The position numbers were made by a program, and so were the translations under genes. The notes under the pieces were generated by a model. The model ran no database searches. It was given only the letters and a program-made list of their open reading frames with translations, and had not been told where the DNA came from. 64,000 nt of DNA, from positions 6,758,001 through 6,822,000 of the forward strand of contig OZ059899.1 in the NCBI GenBank assembly GCA_964057225.1, given 5' to 3'. Numbering within the stretch: the first letter of the stretch is position 1; every line of letters starts with the position of its first letter. This DNA comes from Auanema rhodensis. Taxonomy: Eukaryota; Animalia; Nematoda. Shown in pieces: positions 12,421 to 25,029 of this stretch.

Positions 12421-14480
12421 TCAAAACATAAGATGTGTCTTGCTCTTTACAGAAGTGATTTTAATTCCTGATCCGCTTTTTTGAACTCCAAGTTTTCGCC
12501 GAACTATATACCATTCTATGACTAAGGCAAGAACAACCAATACAAAACAAAGAAGAAAGACGTGTCTCGCCCACCTAAGATTGTTTTACATTAAAAAAAG
12601 AGTTTTGGAAGCTTTTTACTTTGGTACTGAATGATCTCTCACTTCCCCATTTAGCTCGTGCATTTCTTTAACTGCATACCCAAGGTCGTCTACTAGATTT
12701 TCCATCATAGTTTGTAGAGGCCAACCTGTAAATGCAAAATAGGCTTTTTAAGATGTATTTTCGCATTTGACCGAGGAGGTTTTAAAAGGTAGTGCAAAAC
12801 ATTATCTAAACATTTAAACGAACCTTGAACAAGAGCATTGGTTGCCTCGCTTTGTATGTTACTCAGCACGAATTTCAGTCGATTTTCACCTGAAATGGGT
12901 TTTTATAAAATCTCGACAAGGAAGTTGCTTGTTTGTAGGTATTGGTATTGGGAACTCGTCGAAAGTGGAATATTTCATTGTTTTTTGTTTCCTTACCCGA
13001 ATGTATTCGTACATAAGGAATTTTTCGGGCATCGTTAACCAATCCATCTAAGACAATGAGGACAAGAACATTAGGTTGAGTGCACTTTTCGTCAAGTCCG
13101 AACCATCGTTCATATAATTTCCACGCGTAAACCTAGAACATTAAAAAATGAGACGAAAAAAGTTTAGTAATAAACATTTGTAACGACATTTCAAGTTTAG
13201 TTACAGAACTATTCAGTGTGGATCCCTTTAAGTATAAATGTATATAGTTGAAATTATGATCACAATAGACAAAAAAAAGCATTGTAAGGGGAGGGGATAA
13301 GCCCATTTTAGGTATGCATGAAAACGATTCCATATGCACCAAGACACTGTCGCCAATCTGAAAGATTGCTGACAAAGCTCATTCTCAACGTCTTTTGACA
13401 AATCTTTCGCATTCAAATATTTTTACGTGTAAATCTGAATAGAACATTCGCAATACTGAAAATGGAAGAGGCTAGGAGAGGAAAAAAACAAAAAAATAAG
13501 AATCTCGCTGGAGCGTGTGAGATCATGAATCGTTCTTTCCTCAAATGCAAAAAAAAGATGAAATGTACGAAAATTAGTATACTATGCATAGAATCCGGTT
13601 GTAAAAACAGCTAATTCAGAGTCTGATGACCAATGAAAATTTATATACTTTCAAAAAAAAAAGATTTTTATTAGAATTGTTGAAAAAAAATAGTAAACGT
13701 ACTTTCATGAAGGTTTTTACGCTGGTTACAAATCCGGAAACAATCTCGTTATCTATTAAATTGCATTCATTCTCAAAAAGGCATTTATATTTATGATCAT
13801 TATACACAGTATCAGTGGATGTTGGAGCTTCCAATTGTTTGACTGAAAATGTTTATTTTTCAAAAAACTCTATTTGATGAAAAAAACAAAACAAACCCAA
13901 AATAATGGCTAAAGTAGAATTACCCTGATGGGTCAAAAAAGGACGGTACCTAAATCAAACTATTGACCAAACAATAGAAGCAATTATGTTTAAAACCTTT
14001 CATAAGTTGTTTCTATTCCTGTTGTACTTGAATGAACCAATTGATGATGTAAATCACAAAGAAAGGGTAAATGTGGGAGAGCCATGCATTCTTGCTTGAA
14101 CTGAAAATATTATGTAAGTATTTACTTCTTTAATTTAGATTATCTCAATTTTATTTTTTTTTTGCATTTTTTTCAATGAATCTTTGTTTTGTCTTCAAAA
14201 TCCCGTAATCATCATATAGCGTATTTCGAGCATACAAGGAACTCAAACTGGAAAATGTTCCGGCGAAATCGAATTCAGGAATTCTATTAGGGCGACAAAA
14301 TCAGCCAAGAAGTCCTGCACTCAGGTTTAGATAATAAATGTTCATATTCTTTTGAAGCTATATAAGGCGAAAAGGCCTAAACTTGATTGACCTGCCAGGC
14401 GGAATCCCGTACACTTGCATAGACGCCTCGAAGATGTAGATAATTTGCGCTATTATGAGATATTTAATACACACAAATAG
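12421..14480 (-). CDS. MOLO-1-like TPM-domain single-pass membrane protein; 5' end unresolved
   Basis: Spliced exons give FKQECMALPHLPFLCDLHHQL, STLAIILVKQL and FMKVYAWKLYERWFGLDEKCTQPNVLVLIV (TPM-type pattern). Then TM segment WARHVFLLCFVLVVLALVIEWYIV and a basic tail ending KTHLMF*. Confidence 0.65.
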
Positions 14481-17400
14481 TCCTCAAATCGCGTAATATT
14501 TTATTATAATTGTAATTTTTCCTTATATCATGTGTAAAACGTTTTAGTTACATATGTAATCGTCTTTGAAATCGATGGGCACGGAAGTTTTCATAAAAAA
14601 AAATAGTGATCCGTGACCAACCCGGAAATTCCACATCCATCATCGTAAGCGACTACTACACCGCTTTTAAACCAAATTCGAAGTTCAGAAACAGACAATG
14701 GGCACATATTCATATTATATTACTGAGTTTAAATTATCAGATCTATAAATATCTATTGAGATTTTTGTGAGGTGTCTTATTTTTATTTCAATTTTCTACT
14801 CGGCTACCTCCTAATTTTGCTCAATACTGACTTTTTTCAAAAGGATAAGATATGAAAAGATTTTTTGCTCAACTGCAGAAGCTAATAAAACAAATACATT
14901 TCTAGCACATTTGCAATCGAAGCTTTGAATTCTCGCAGTTGATGATACAAAATCCAATGCTTTCTACCCCGATGTGAAATAGTTTTAGTCATAAGAAAGA
15001 TAGAATGAAAGGATCTTCGCAGAAACCCTGAGTCAAAACGAGCAAATTCCCTAGTGTGTCTTTGTTTCGCCTCAAGCTGTCCTTCATGTATGATATGCTA
15101 TGGCTCCAACAATAGCACCAAAAAGCATTAGGAACGTCATTTTGAACTTAAGGAAGCGCAAGAATAATTAATATTTCCCATCAACTTAACAGGTCATATT
15201 TAATGAAATGTTATTTAAAAAGTAAAACTAAAGATGAACATGTTTAAAATTTGAGAAAGAAATGTTCCAACTTATATCAGTGCAAAACCGAACTGAGATG
15301 GAACCACTTAGCCGTCTCAGTTTTATTCGAACATTGTTAAAAGTTCAATTTGCCTTTTCTTCGAATATGGTGGATTTCATGTTGTTACAGAGTATTGACT
15401 ATAGAAAAGGATGAGCGATCTTTCTACTCATGAATACGAAAAAAAATTTAGTTTAAAAGCATAAAGGTTATGTTTAGCGAAAGAAATGAACTTGAATGAA
15501 ATGTTCATCATCGTTATTCTATGCAAGTAAAGCATGTTTCTACATTTATGTAATTCTTTTTTTAACATTTAATGATATAACTAGCGGGTTAGCTGCCAGG
15601 ATGCTCACTCTTACGCTCTTCCTCTCTCCAGACATCCTACATTCATGCTTCCATTTTTGCTATCGCTCTCTCTGTTTCTCTCTCAATCGTCCTATAACAC
15701 GCTCTACCTCTTCTTAAATGATTAGCGGACTTGAAATTATAAAGGAACATTAGCTTTACGTGACCTTTGACGAAAGCCTTTCATTTTCCTTTTAATTATT
15801 TTTGTCTAGTCTCTCACATGAGGAATGTTAGTTGTAAGAGAAAAATGAATATTGGCTTTTAGTGCTTGATATAAGCCTTTGAGATAAATGTGGAGCTCAA
15901 GACTTCTGGTGAGAAAACATAATAGTGCTTTTTCTTTGTTTTTCATTGCTATCTCTGTTTTCCTGTGTGATTTTTAAGCAATCATCTTTTAAGAAGGCTT
16001 CCTCTTAACCTATTTTTTAAAGAGGAGCTCAAAAACGAGGAGCCAATTGGATTCTTTTTAACGTCTTCTATTTCTTTTTGCTAAACTACTTTGGTTTGTA
16101 TCAGTTTTTGTCCATTTAGTTTCGATGGAGATGAATGACATTAAGGAAAAGCATGTCTTAGACGACCATCTTTTCTATTTTTTTATTCTCTCCATACCCT
16201 GGTTTTTTGTTCGTAGGTTCATTTATTTTCGCCAAAAATAGGAAGAAAACGATTTTTACTTTTTTTTTCACTCTCCTTCAGTCATTTTTAAACAAAAAGA
16301 AAAAAGTGGTTAAAATAGAAGAAAAAGATGATTCAAAACCCTATTTCGAAGGTGGGGCTAGAATTTGTTCCCAGCGCTAAACTGAACATAAATGGAAGGC
16401 GTTAGTAAACCCCTTCGAAATACATGAACAGAGAAATGGAAAACAGGGTTCGTTGTCATATTTTATTGAAGGAAAAGTCGAGTGTTTTTGGCATATTTAA
16501 AGGGTTAGTAGTTGGTCCTATTCCAAGAATAATCTGCATTTTACATGAAACACGTGGAAATCCCTGTGCTAGCTGAGCACCATCAAACTCATTGCAATAT
16601 ATGCCGAGGACAAGAAGCTGCTTAATAATTCATAATTCATTTCGTTTCTATGTAATCAATGGCATGACAGGAGGGAAAGTAGGAAGATGCTTTGAATTGA
16701 ATATCATCGAGAAATTGAATGTGCTCAAGTGGAAGAGAATCAACTGATGCTATATTCTTTCACTGCCAATATTCTCTTCAACATCTTAGAATATTTAAAC
16801 AAAAGTTATTATCTATCATAACATGTGAAGCACAACATTTCATATTTACAATATAATATGTTTTACATCGTGAAAAATAGACAAAAGACTTATATAAAAA
16901 AATATTCTACTTGTTATTTTTGTTTTCAAGATTAAATGACATTCTTAATTGAAACTCCTATTCTTTTTTTCCAATTAGAAAGCCAGTCCACAAAACTAAT
17001 TTCGAAGTCGCAATATCCAAGAGACAAAGTTATTAAGAAGTTTCAAAATGTTATATTTTCATTTGAAAATCTTGAAATTGAATTTGCTATTTCAATGTTG
17101 TTGCTTAAGTGGCCTTCTGAGAGAATTGTTTAAAAAAAAACGTAAATATTTTGCTACAAATAAAAAAAAAAGAATAAGCTTCGTTCAGTTTCAATTTAGT
17201 AACGGAACATACACCCTCATTTTTTGAAGTTTTTAACTTTCATATTATATAGAAGACGTAATGAAGCAGAGAGCGCATAATTAGATTGAATAGACAAAGA
17301 ATTCAAATATTTAGTCTGATTATATTGTTTAATTCTTCATACTACTCATAAATTTTTTTTTGTTAGTTCATTAAGTATTTCATTTTTTGAATTCATAATC

Positions 17401-19109
17401 AGTTTCTTTCTTAAATAGAGTTTGAACGATGGGAAAATTACATGACATTCTTCCCACAACCCAAAGTGAAAATTGCTGTAGTTTATATAATTTTTCAGTT
17501 GAAGAATATACATATTTCTGCCTATATTAACAAAACCTTGATGTGTGATCAAATTTCAAAGTTGGCTATTAAAAGAGCTTGTCCAAATATGGAGCCAGGC
17601 CAGTAGGATTAAGATCAGGACGAAAATGAAAAAAGAGCAAAGTCGAGTCTAGTGGACATGGTGGCCTGTGCTCCCTGGAGAAACTGAAACGGGTGGTTGT
17701 GAAAACGGCATGTCATGAGCTCATTCAATAATTAACTTTGTATGAGTTTCGTTTTAACGCTCATCCATGGTTTTGACAAGCTATTTTATTAGCTAACCTA
17801 TTAGCTAATGAAAGATTACGGCAACAAATACTCCAATACTAGGTTCAACTGGAAAATTCAATCAGAAGGAGAATATGGAAGGGTATAAGGTCGATATAGA
17901 GTCATGGCTGAATAAGAATAAAAGAAAACAATGCACAAGAATCAGATGAAAAGAAATGCGATTCGAGCAAAGGAATAGAGGCAGAAATTCAATGAGGTTT
18001 CGAGTTTTAAAAACCTTTGAGTATTAATACCACAAAAGATATAATTGACATACATTGTTACCTGAGAGAACGCTAATAAGAATATAGTAACTGCTTTTAA
18101 TTTCACTATTAGTTTATCGATATTATGTATTGTATTATGATTCTGTTAGGTTTTTTTTCAAGGCTATTTTGTTTTGTGTCGTGTCTGTTTTTTAGTATAA
18201 AAAATGAAAAGCAAAATAGAGCTGAACAGGAAGGCGATGAAGATGTCAAAAATGCAGTTTTCCCCGCTCTGCTTTTTCTCTCAGAGTATCGTTGCTGGTG
18301 ACGAAAACGAGTCAACTCGTCATCCATGCTTCACCAACTATGTTTGAGCTGCAAATTTTGGGTTTCAATCATATTTGGGGAGATTTAATAATAGAGAGCT
18401 GATGACAAGTATGTAAACTATGATTTCCTTATTCCTATATCTCTAAGAATCTTATCTGATTTATATTCCTATTTCGTAAGTATTCTAATGAAATTCGAGC
18501 ATTTCCATTTCTTTGAATGTTTGTTTCAATTTCGTTTCCTTGTCAATAGCAAGCATCAAAGACAAATCCATATTTTAATTCAATAAGCTTCATTATTGAT
18601 GAATACTTATGATCAAAGCAAATTGGTTGATGAAGTCAGTAATATAAGGAATAGAATACCGAATAAGAATAGGACCTTGTAGTGATAATAGAAAATGAAT
18701 AAAAGTTCCCAAATATGAAAAGAGCTATGTTAGAAGGCTAATTTGGAATTCTGCCAATTTCTAAGAAGACGGCATAAAGTGCCATTTACTAGATGTTAGA
18801 GTGCATACACTTTATTAATGCTTACATCAATCTTATATTATTTGAACTGAACTGGTTTGAGCTCTTTTGAATATTGAGTATTTTGGTCCCCCATCATGCT
18901 ATAGCTCTTACTATATCCCAGGGGGTATTCAGGTTCTCCAGTCAGCAAACGTCTTTACAAGCTTTTGTCTGCTAAGAAACAAAAAGTGTTTCCATTACCA
19001 TTCAGCTTAATTAAGTTATCATAGAACTATAGAGCTAATAGTTATATTTCGTCATAAAATAACAAGAAAAAATAAAGATATTTGAATAAAATAAAGTTAA
19101 AAAATCAAA

Positions 19110-19330
19110 AACTCACAATTGCAGCTGGAGAATATACGGGAGAAGGAAAATCACAAGGACTATAGATAGGAGGTATTACTATCTGACCAGCTTGAGTAGC
19201 TTTGAATATCCAACTCAAAATGAAAAAATACTGGACCATATCTTTTCTGGTCAAATATACAAATGAGGGTTTAGCAACATGAATCAGATCATTTGGAGAA
19301 ATATCATGCTATATTCCCCTTTTGGAAGTA
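19110..19330 (+). mobile_element. Possible decayed non-LTR retrotransposon AP-endonuclease fragment
   Basis: TIAAGEY (19115), FEYPTQNEKILDHIFS (19201-19248) and ESDH (19281) appear in the order of the APE motifs GDFN / PT..LD.IF / SDH. They lie in three different frames with stops. Confidence 0.3.
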
Positions 19331-20195
19331 TGCGAAGGAGGAATGAGAGCGGCTTCAGCTGGCTGCTGCATAATAATTGGCCCCGCCCAATTCTGTCTGC
19401 GGCAAGCGGCTTCCGCAGGGTAAGAGACGTCCAGTTCATCTCGAGAAGCCAAGGCAACCAAATGTATCTCAAGTCACTATGTTTCCTTCATCTGTCAGAA
19501 GGTTTTAAAACACAAATTACAAGCAATGGTTGAGATGGCTACTAGAGACAGAAAACTTTGGAAAAACAAGATGAAATTGATATGTAACTTTCGTGCCATA
19601 TTATTATTTGGATATTTGTATAGAGCGGTTGCGTTCCATTAGAGCTTTAGCACAGAAATTGAATAAAAAAATGTCAACAACAGTAAATTGAATATTTTAT
19701 AATTCAGAATTCAGATTATAAGATCATTACATTAATTTACCCATTATAAGAAGATGAGATCAGCATATAATGATTAAATTGGCAACTCTATAACAAAAAA
19801 AAGACAATTAAACCCGTTGTATTGACGGCTAATATATAATATATAATATATAGACATAAATATTATATAACGATATATGTATATGAAAAATCGACATTTT
19901 AAAATCAATATATGTAGAGACTTAAAAATATACCAAGAAGTTAAAAATGTACAACATTATAAATAGAAAATCAAAAGAAAAAGAAAAAGAGAAATATAAT
20001 ATACATGAGATATGTCGTATTAGCATTCTCATAGAGCTTTTTAATTTTCTAAATTTCATGACAACTAATGTGAACAGAAAACATGGAACATTTGCAACAC
20101 AACTAAAGCATAAACCTGAGATCATGAATATATAAACTGAGACTCATCGAGCATGTATACCGTTTATACCTGCTTTATTCAGTACAAGAAAAATG

Positions 20196-22905
20196 CTAGC
20201 AATCCTCATCATCATTCGACATGCATCTGGATATTTGACGTCCATTATTAACAATAACTGTATTACGTGGTGTTCCAGTTGTTTCATATATTGATGTTGA
20301 CAGGTAGAATGCATTGCAAGCGAATTGAGAAAAATATAGTATTTGAGATATGGCTAAAAAAATCAATATTAACAAAAAATATGTGAAACCATTGTTTTGT
20401 TATAGTTTTTATCATGAAATTTGGCGCTTTTTTCGTGATTCTGATCGAAAGTTATTCGTGACATCAACGTTCTTCAGTTGTTCTCAATTTTTGAAACAAA
20501 GAAATGGATGATTTTGAGGTTATTATTATAAATATTTTTTATTTGTGATTATTTAATATTTAGAGTAGAATTAAAGATATTCTTAGCAAAGCTGAAATAG
20601 CCAGCAATACAGCGTATGATAGGCACGATACAACTCAGGGTTCACCTGCTGCTTTAAATGTTTATATTATTAATATTTCGTTTTATTTATAAATTTGTTT
20701 AGGTGTATGAGCCAGAGAAAATAAGAAATAGATTTTCGGAGAACTTGGAAAGATTGGAAAACGGTATGTCTTTCTAATATTTTTTTATAGTTTTTTTTTA
20801 TATAAAGTTTTGGAAATAATTAACTCTGTCATTAAATTTTTATAATGTTGTCCATATATTTTTAAGATTGGAGACGAAATCGTTTTGATGATTGTTTAGA
20901 AAATGATCAATGGGATGTAAAAGAAAAAATTCTCATGGTTCGTTTTTTATATTTTTTGTAATTGTGTTTTTGGATTCCAGCAGAGACTTGAGCAAGAACG
21001 AGAAATTTTCGAACTACAAAAACTCCACCTTCAACTGAAAATTCAAAAAACAAGACTAGAACTGAAAAGCCTAGAAAAAGAATGTGATTCTGAAGAGAAT
21101 GTTGCTCGCAAAACGCCGTACGTGACTATTAACCAATACAGATATGATCCTAATTCATAATTATAATACTTACGTTCTAATATTGGAATAAGATCATTGG
21201 AACCAGCATTTTCATCTATAGTAAGCCATGCACGCAAAATATGAGATGGTAAATTGAGAACCAAGTTTAAGACCGAAATAACAATTGATCTCATCACCAT
21301 AGCAGCTTTTTTCTTAACAAACTTCTGTCGCTTCTTAGTTCTTCCCTGTAAAGTATGATCCTTATTGTTGTGTTCAAGCAAATATTAAAAACTGACTTGA
21401 CTTGTAACAGATGAAATGGACATAACTAAAGCCATATTATTTCTCAACTCTACGGTATCGGCATCTGTCATTGTGGATGAACGGGATGCTCTGAATATAT
21501 TTTTTGTTTTATCACATTCTTAAACATATTTTAACCTCCGAAAATTGTTTGGTAAGCTGATAGCATATCGTCTTTCATACAGGGAAGTATCAAGCACCGT
21601 GAATGGATTATAACAATGAAAAAGTACAATTCCATCAAAGAATATTCGCAACACAGAAGGTATAGCATAAAACATTGTGATATCCATTAGATGTGCTAAC
21701 TAAAACCAAAAATATAAGTAATATATGTTCAATATATTTAATTTTTATTTTAGCATTATTTGTGAAATACCTTTTTGTTATGCTCCGATATGGATGGGTC
21801 CTCTGTACATATTCTGCCATCGTCAGAATATATTACTAAATACAAGATCCAGACTTCGAACGCGCAACATGACACAGCGAGCGTCCTTAAATGCATTGGG
21901 TTGAATTAATTTTTTTTTCAAATTGAATTTTTGTTGTGAAAAATGAAAAAAAAATTACTTGAGAGCATTACGAGGCTGTCTCCATATAGTCCTATATTTT
22001 ATAGGATGAAATACAGCAGTATATCGAAGAACTGCTAAGGCTAACCATGACCAAACACTAAACGCTGAGGTTGTGTGCATAAGATAAATGTCTATCTGAA
22101 ACGGAATGTTGACATGGCTTATGCAATGTTTTTCTTTGATTCAAGTTTAGAACTTGACCTTCCTATTACTGAGAAACATTTTATTTTCCATTTCTACTAC
22201 ACCAACAGAACCGCTTTGCTTTGCTTTTGCTTGCAAAAGATAATTTATGTAAATTCAACGAGCTGCATGATAATGGTATATGAAGGCTAGTATGAAAATA
22301 AAATGAATCCTGATTTCTTAATATTCGAAAACTTTTTTTTATGCTTCAAAGCTCTTTGTTCACTAAATTAAGCATTTTTTTTCTAAATAATATATGTGTT
22401 TATTCTCAATGTCTTATCTTCAATATAAAGACATCCTCCTCTTTTATAAGAAATTATTTAATATAACTGGGACTTTTCTTCAAAGATCAAAGATTATTAT
22501 GGGAAACTTACTTTACATATTACATCCAAAATAGTGTTATTCATAAAACTTTTATTAATTGAATGAAAAACGGCTTGAACTAGTTGCGCCCATAGTGTAA
22601 TACTGTCACTGACGCTCATGCAAGCTAATGGTAGAGCAGAAGAAGTTTCAAACCGAACAGTATTTTTTCTGAAAAAAAAAATTTAATTTATTTTTCAAAG
22701 CTTTGTGTGGAAGTAAATTTTCTATTTTCTGCAATACTAATAGACAAATAAAGTATTTATTTCGTTTCATCATGATACCTCGCTATTCGTATTAACCTCC
22801 ATAGTACATATCCATTCAAAAGAATACCAGCTATTGGTACAATGATGTAAAGGGTAAAATATGCTGTATGAATATTCATTCCAATGACATTTCTTCTAAA
22901 GATAC
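20196..22905 (-). CDS. Divergent rhodopsin-family 7TM GPCR (peptide-receptor-like), multi-exon; likely ATG 22879, further 5' exons possible
   Basis: TM1 YFTLYIIVPIAGILLNGYVL. TM2 LACMSVSDSITLW. C-K then TM3 IYLMHTTSAFSVWSWLALAVLRYTAVFHP. TM5 DITMFYAIPS. TM6 ISVLNLVLNLPSHIL. TM7 ISQILYFSQFACNAFYL. Stop after MSNDDEDC. Confidence 0.88.
20504..21160 (+). CDS. Nested antisense 5-exon gene encoding a ~140-aa coiled-coil protein, inside the last GPCR intron
   Basis: Exons 20504-20518, 20564-20659, 20703-20763, 20867-20937 and 20981-21160 join through GT-AG introns in one frame: MDDFE SRIKDILSKAEIAS..QRLEQEREIFELQKLHLQLKIQKTRLELKSLEKEC..YRYDPNS*. TCTTCAG acceptor at 20471-20477 upstream of the ATG. 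Confidence 0.8.
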
Positions 22906-24762
22906 CTAAAAATAAAAGAAACATTTAAAATTTCTATATCATAATACATACATACATAAGATATTGTTAAGAATATTATGAACAAATAAAATTATTTAAT
23001 AACTTATAAAGTTAAAATCATTTTTAAAAATATAATGCATGAGATATTGATGAAATTGTTTCTGAGTACTAATAGCTTAAAGTAACAATTATATAAAAGC
23101 TATTGTGCATCCATATGTGCATGTAAATGATACAGATATACAAGAGATAAAAAGTGATATTAGCCAACCATAAATGAAAAAAATGTGTTGAAAATTAAAA
23201 AAATAGTTAGAAACAGAAGAAATAAAAAAGAAAAAAGGAATAAAAAGCTTGATCTTAATTTCAATTATTTTGTTTTTCAGATAAATGCTGTCTTACACAT
23301 TGAACTGACAATAGCTGGCGAAGTCAAAAAAAGTTCAGAAGAATAAATAAATGAAAACATCTGACGAAGAAAAAATAAATTTCAATTTTTGTAATAATTT
23401 TTTGGAATGTTTTCTGTAACTATATCAATGTTTAAAAACAAAACAGAATTATTTCGTGACAAACTAGTGAAATTGGTCTTTGTTTTATCTATTCGAAAAA
23501 AAAAGAAAGAATTTACTACATAGAGCGTTAATTTCAGTATTATAATAAATAAATATAACAGTGAAAAAATTGAAAGTTGTATGGCTTGTTAAGAGATGCC
23601 TTATTCAGATTTTGAGAAGCAAAAGATATAATTTTGCTTTGACTAAACTAAACATCATGAAATCGACATGTGATATCTTCACAAAAGAATGCTTAATAGT
23701 ATATAAAAAAAAGAAACCAATTAAAAGTTGACTACAATGGTTTAATATATCATTTTGGAAAAAAAAACGATACATTTCAGAACTTTCGATTTCCTGACAG
23801 TATTGATTTGTAAAACACAATCAAGTTATTAATAAAAGATGAAATGAAAACAGAACATAATATAAATAGTAATAATAATTATATATTATTTAATAAAATA
23901 AAAAAATAATAATGTTTCAATAGCTATGTTCTTATGAACAAATTGGTCAAAATGTTTACGTTACAACCAAATTAATGACTTGGATTAACATCTGTATAAA
24001 ACTAACAAAGAATATAAATTCAAAAGAACAAAAGGATAAATTACATGCCATAAAGATAATAAAGCTTTGACTCATGAAATAGAGAAGTTGATTGAATTGT
24101 GAGCATCAAATAAAGTTATTATAATATTTAATTGCTAAAGATTGTTGATTGTAACTATATTGTTACTATATTTATACCAAATTCTCGGAACGTACTCATT
24201 TCATATATATATAGAAATAGTGAAAAATAATTGTTTTTATTTTGAACAGACACAAACGTTTGTGATCAAAAAAAATCGAAGAGATTAGCGCTAATCTATC
24301 TGTCAATGATTTATTGCAAAAGTTCAGAATAGAATAAAACTACGAATACATTAACCTCAGTACATCTTTGAATTTCGAAGCAACAACACACTTAAATACA
24401 AACATTGAATTTAGAGGAATAACCTTTAAAAAAATAAATTTGAATTTATTATAATATAAAAATCAATTCAAACGTTTTCTATCACGAGAGTTTTAAGAAA
24501 AAGGGCAAAAGAAAGATAATATAGGATAGTAGTAGAAAGTAGGATATACTATTAAAATTATTATTCTGCCCAATAAACTGTGTTCTGATGATATTTAACA
24601 TATAATTGAAAGAAGGTACTAATTTGTTTCATATCATTTAATGAAGAAAAAAGAACTACAGAAAAAGAATATAATATTTAAATATAAAAATACAAAACAA
24701 CACATTTCGAAGATATTTCCAATTAAAGAAATCGTAACAATAGCTGCCAATTGTACTGTGTA

Positions 24763-24786
24763 TATAGATAGATGGATAGATAGATA

Positions 24787-24832
<46 letters not shown>
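24763..24832. repeat. Compound (GATA)n + (TA)~21 microsatellite
   Basis: Directly visible tandem repeats. Confidence 0.95.
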
Positions 24833-24838
<6 letters not shown>

Positions 24839-24962
24839 TATATATTAGATTAAATTAACGATAAATTACAATCATTGTATTGATAATAAACTCATGTATC
24901 GTTACATCTCATACCCACAATTGGTGCTTCTTATAGACAAGCTAGAGAAACTCATTCATTTG

Positions 24963-24966
<4 letters not shown>

Positions 24967-25020
<54 letters not shown>
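24967..25020. repeat. (AT)~27 microsatellite
   Basis: Directly visible. Confidence 0.95.

Positions 25021-25029
<9 letters not shown>

Noticed and set aside
17650-17725. SLEKLKRVVVKTA resembling a mariner transposase tail
   Set aside because: Too short, with no DDE motif or terminal repeats found.
18880-18930. TTTGGTCCCC resembling a miR-133/245 seed
   Set aside because: No complementary arm forming a pre-miRNA hairpin.
21043-21381. 112-aa minus ORF as a standalone gene
   Set aside because: It is the GPCR TM6 exon plus read-through into the intron.
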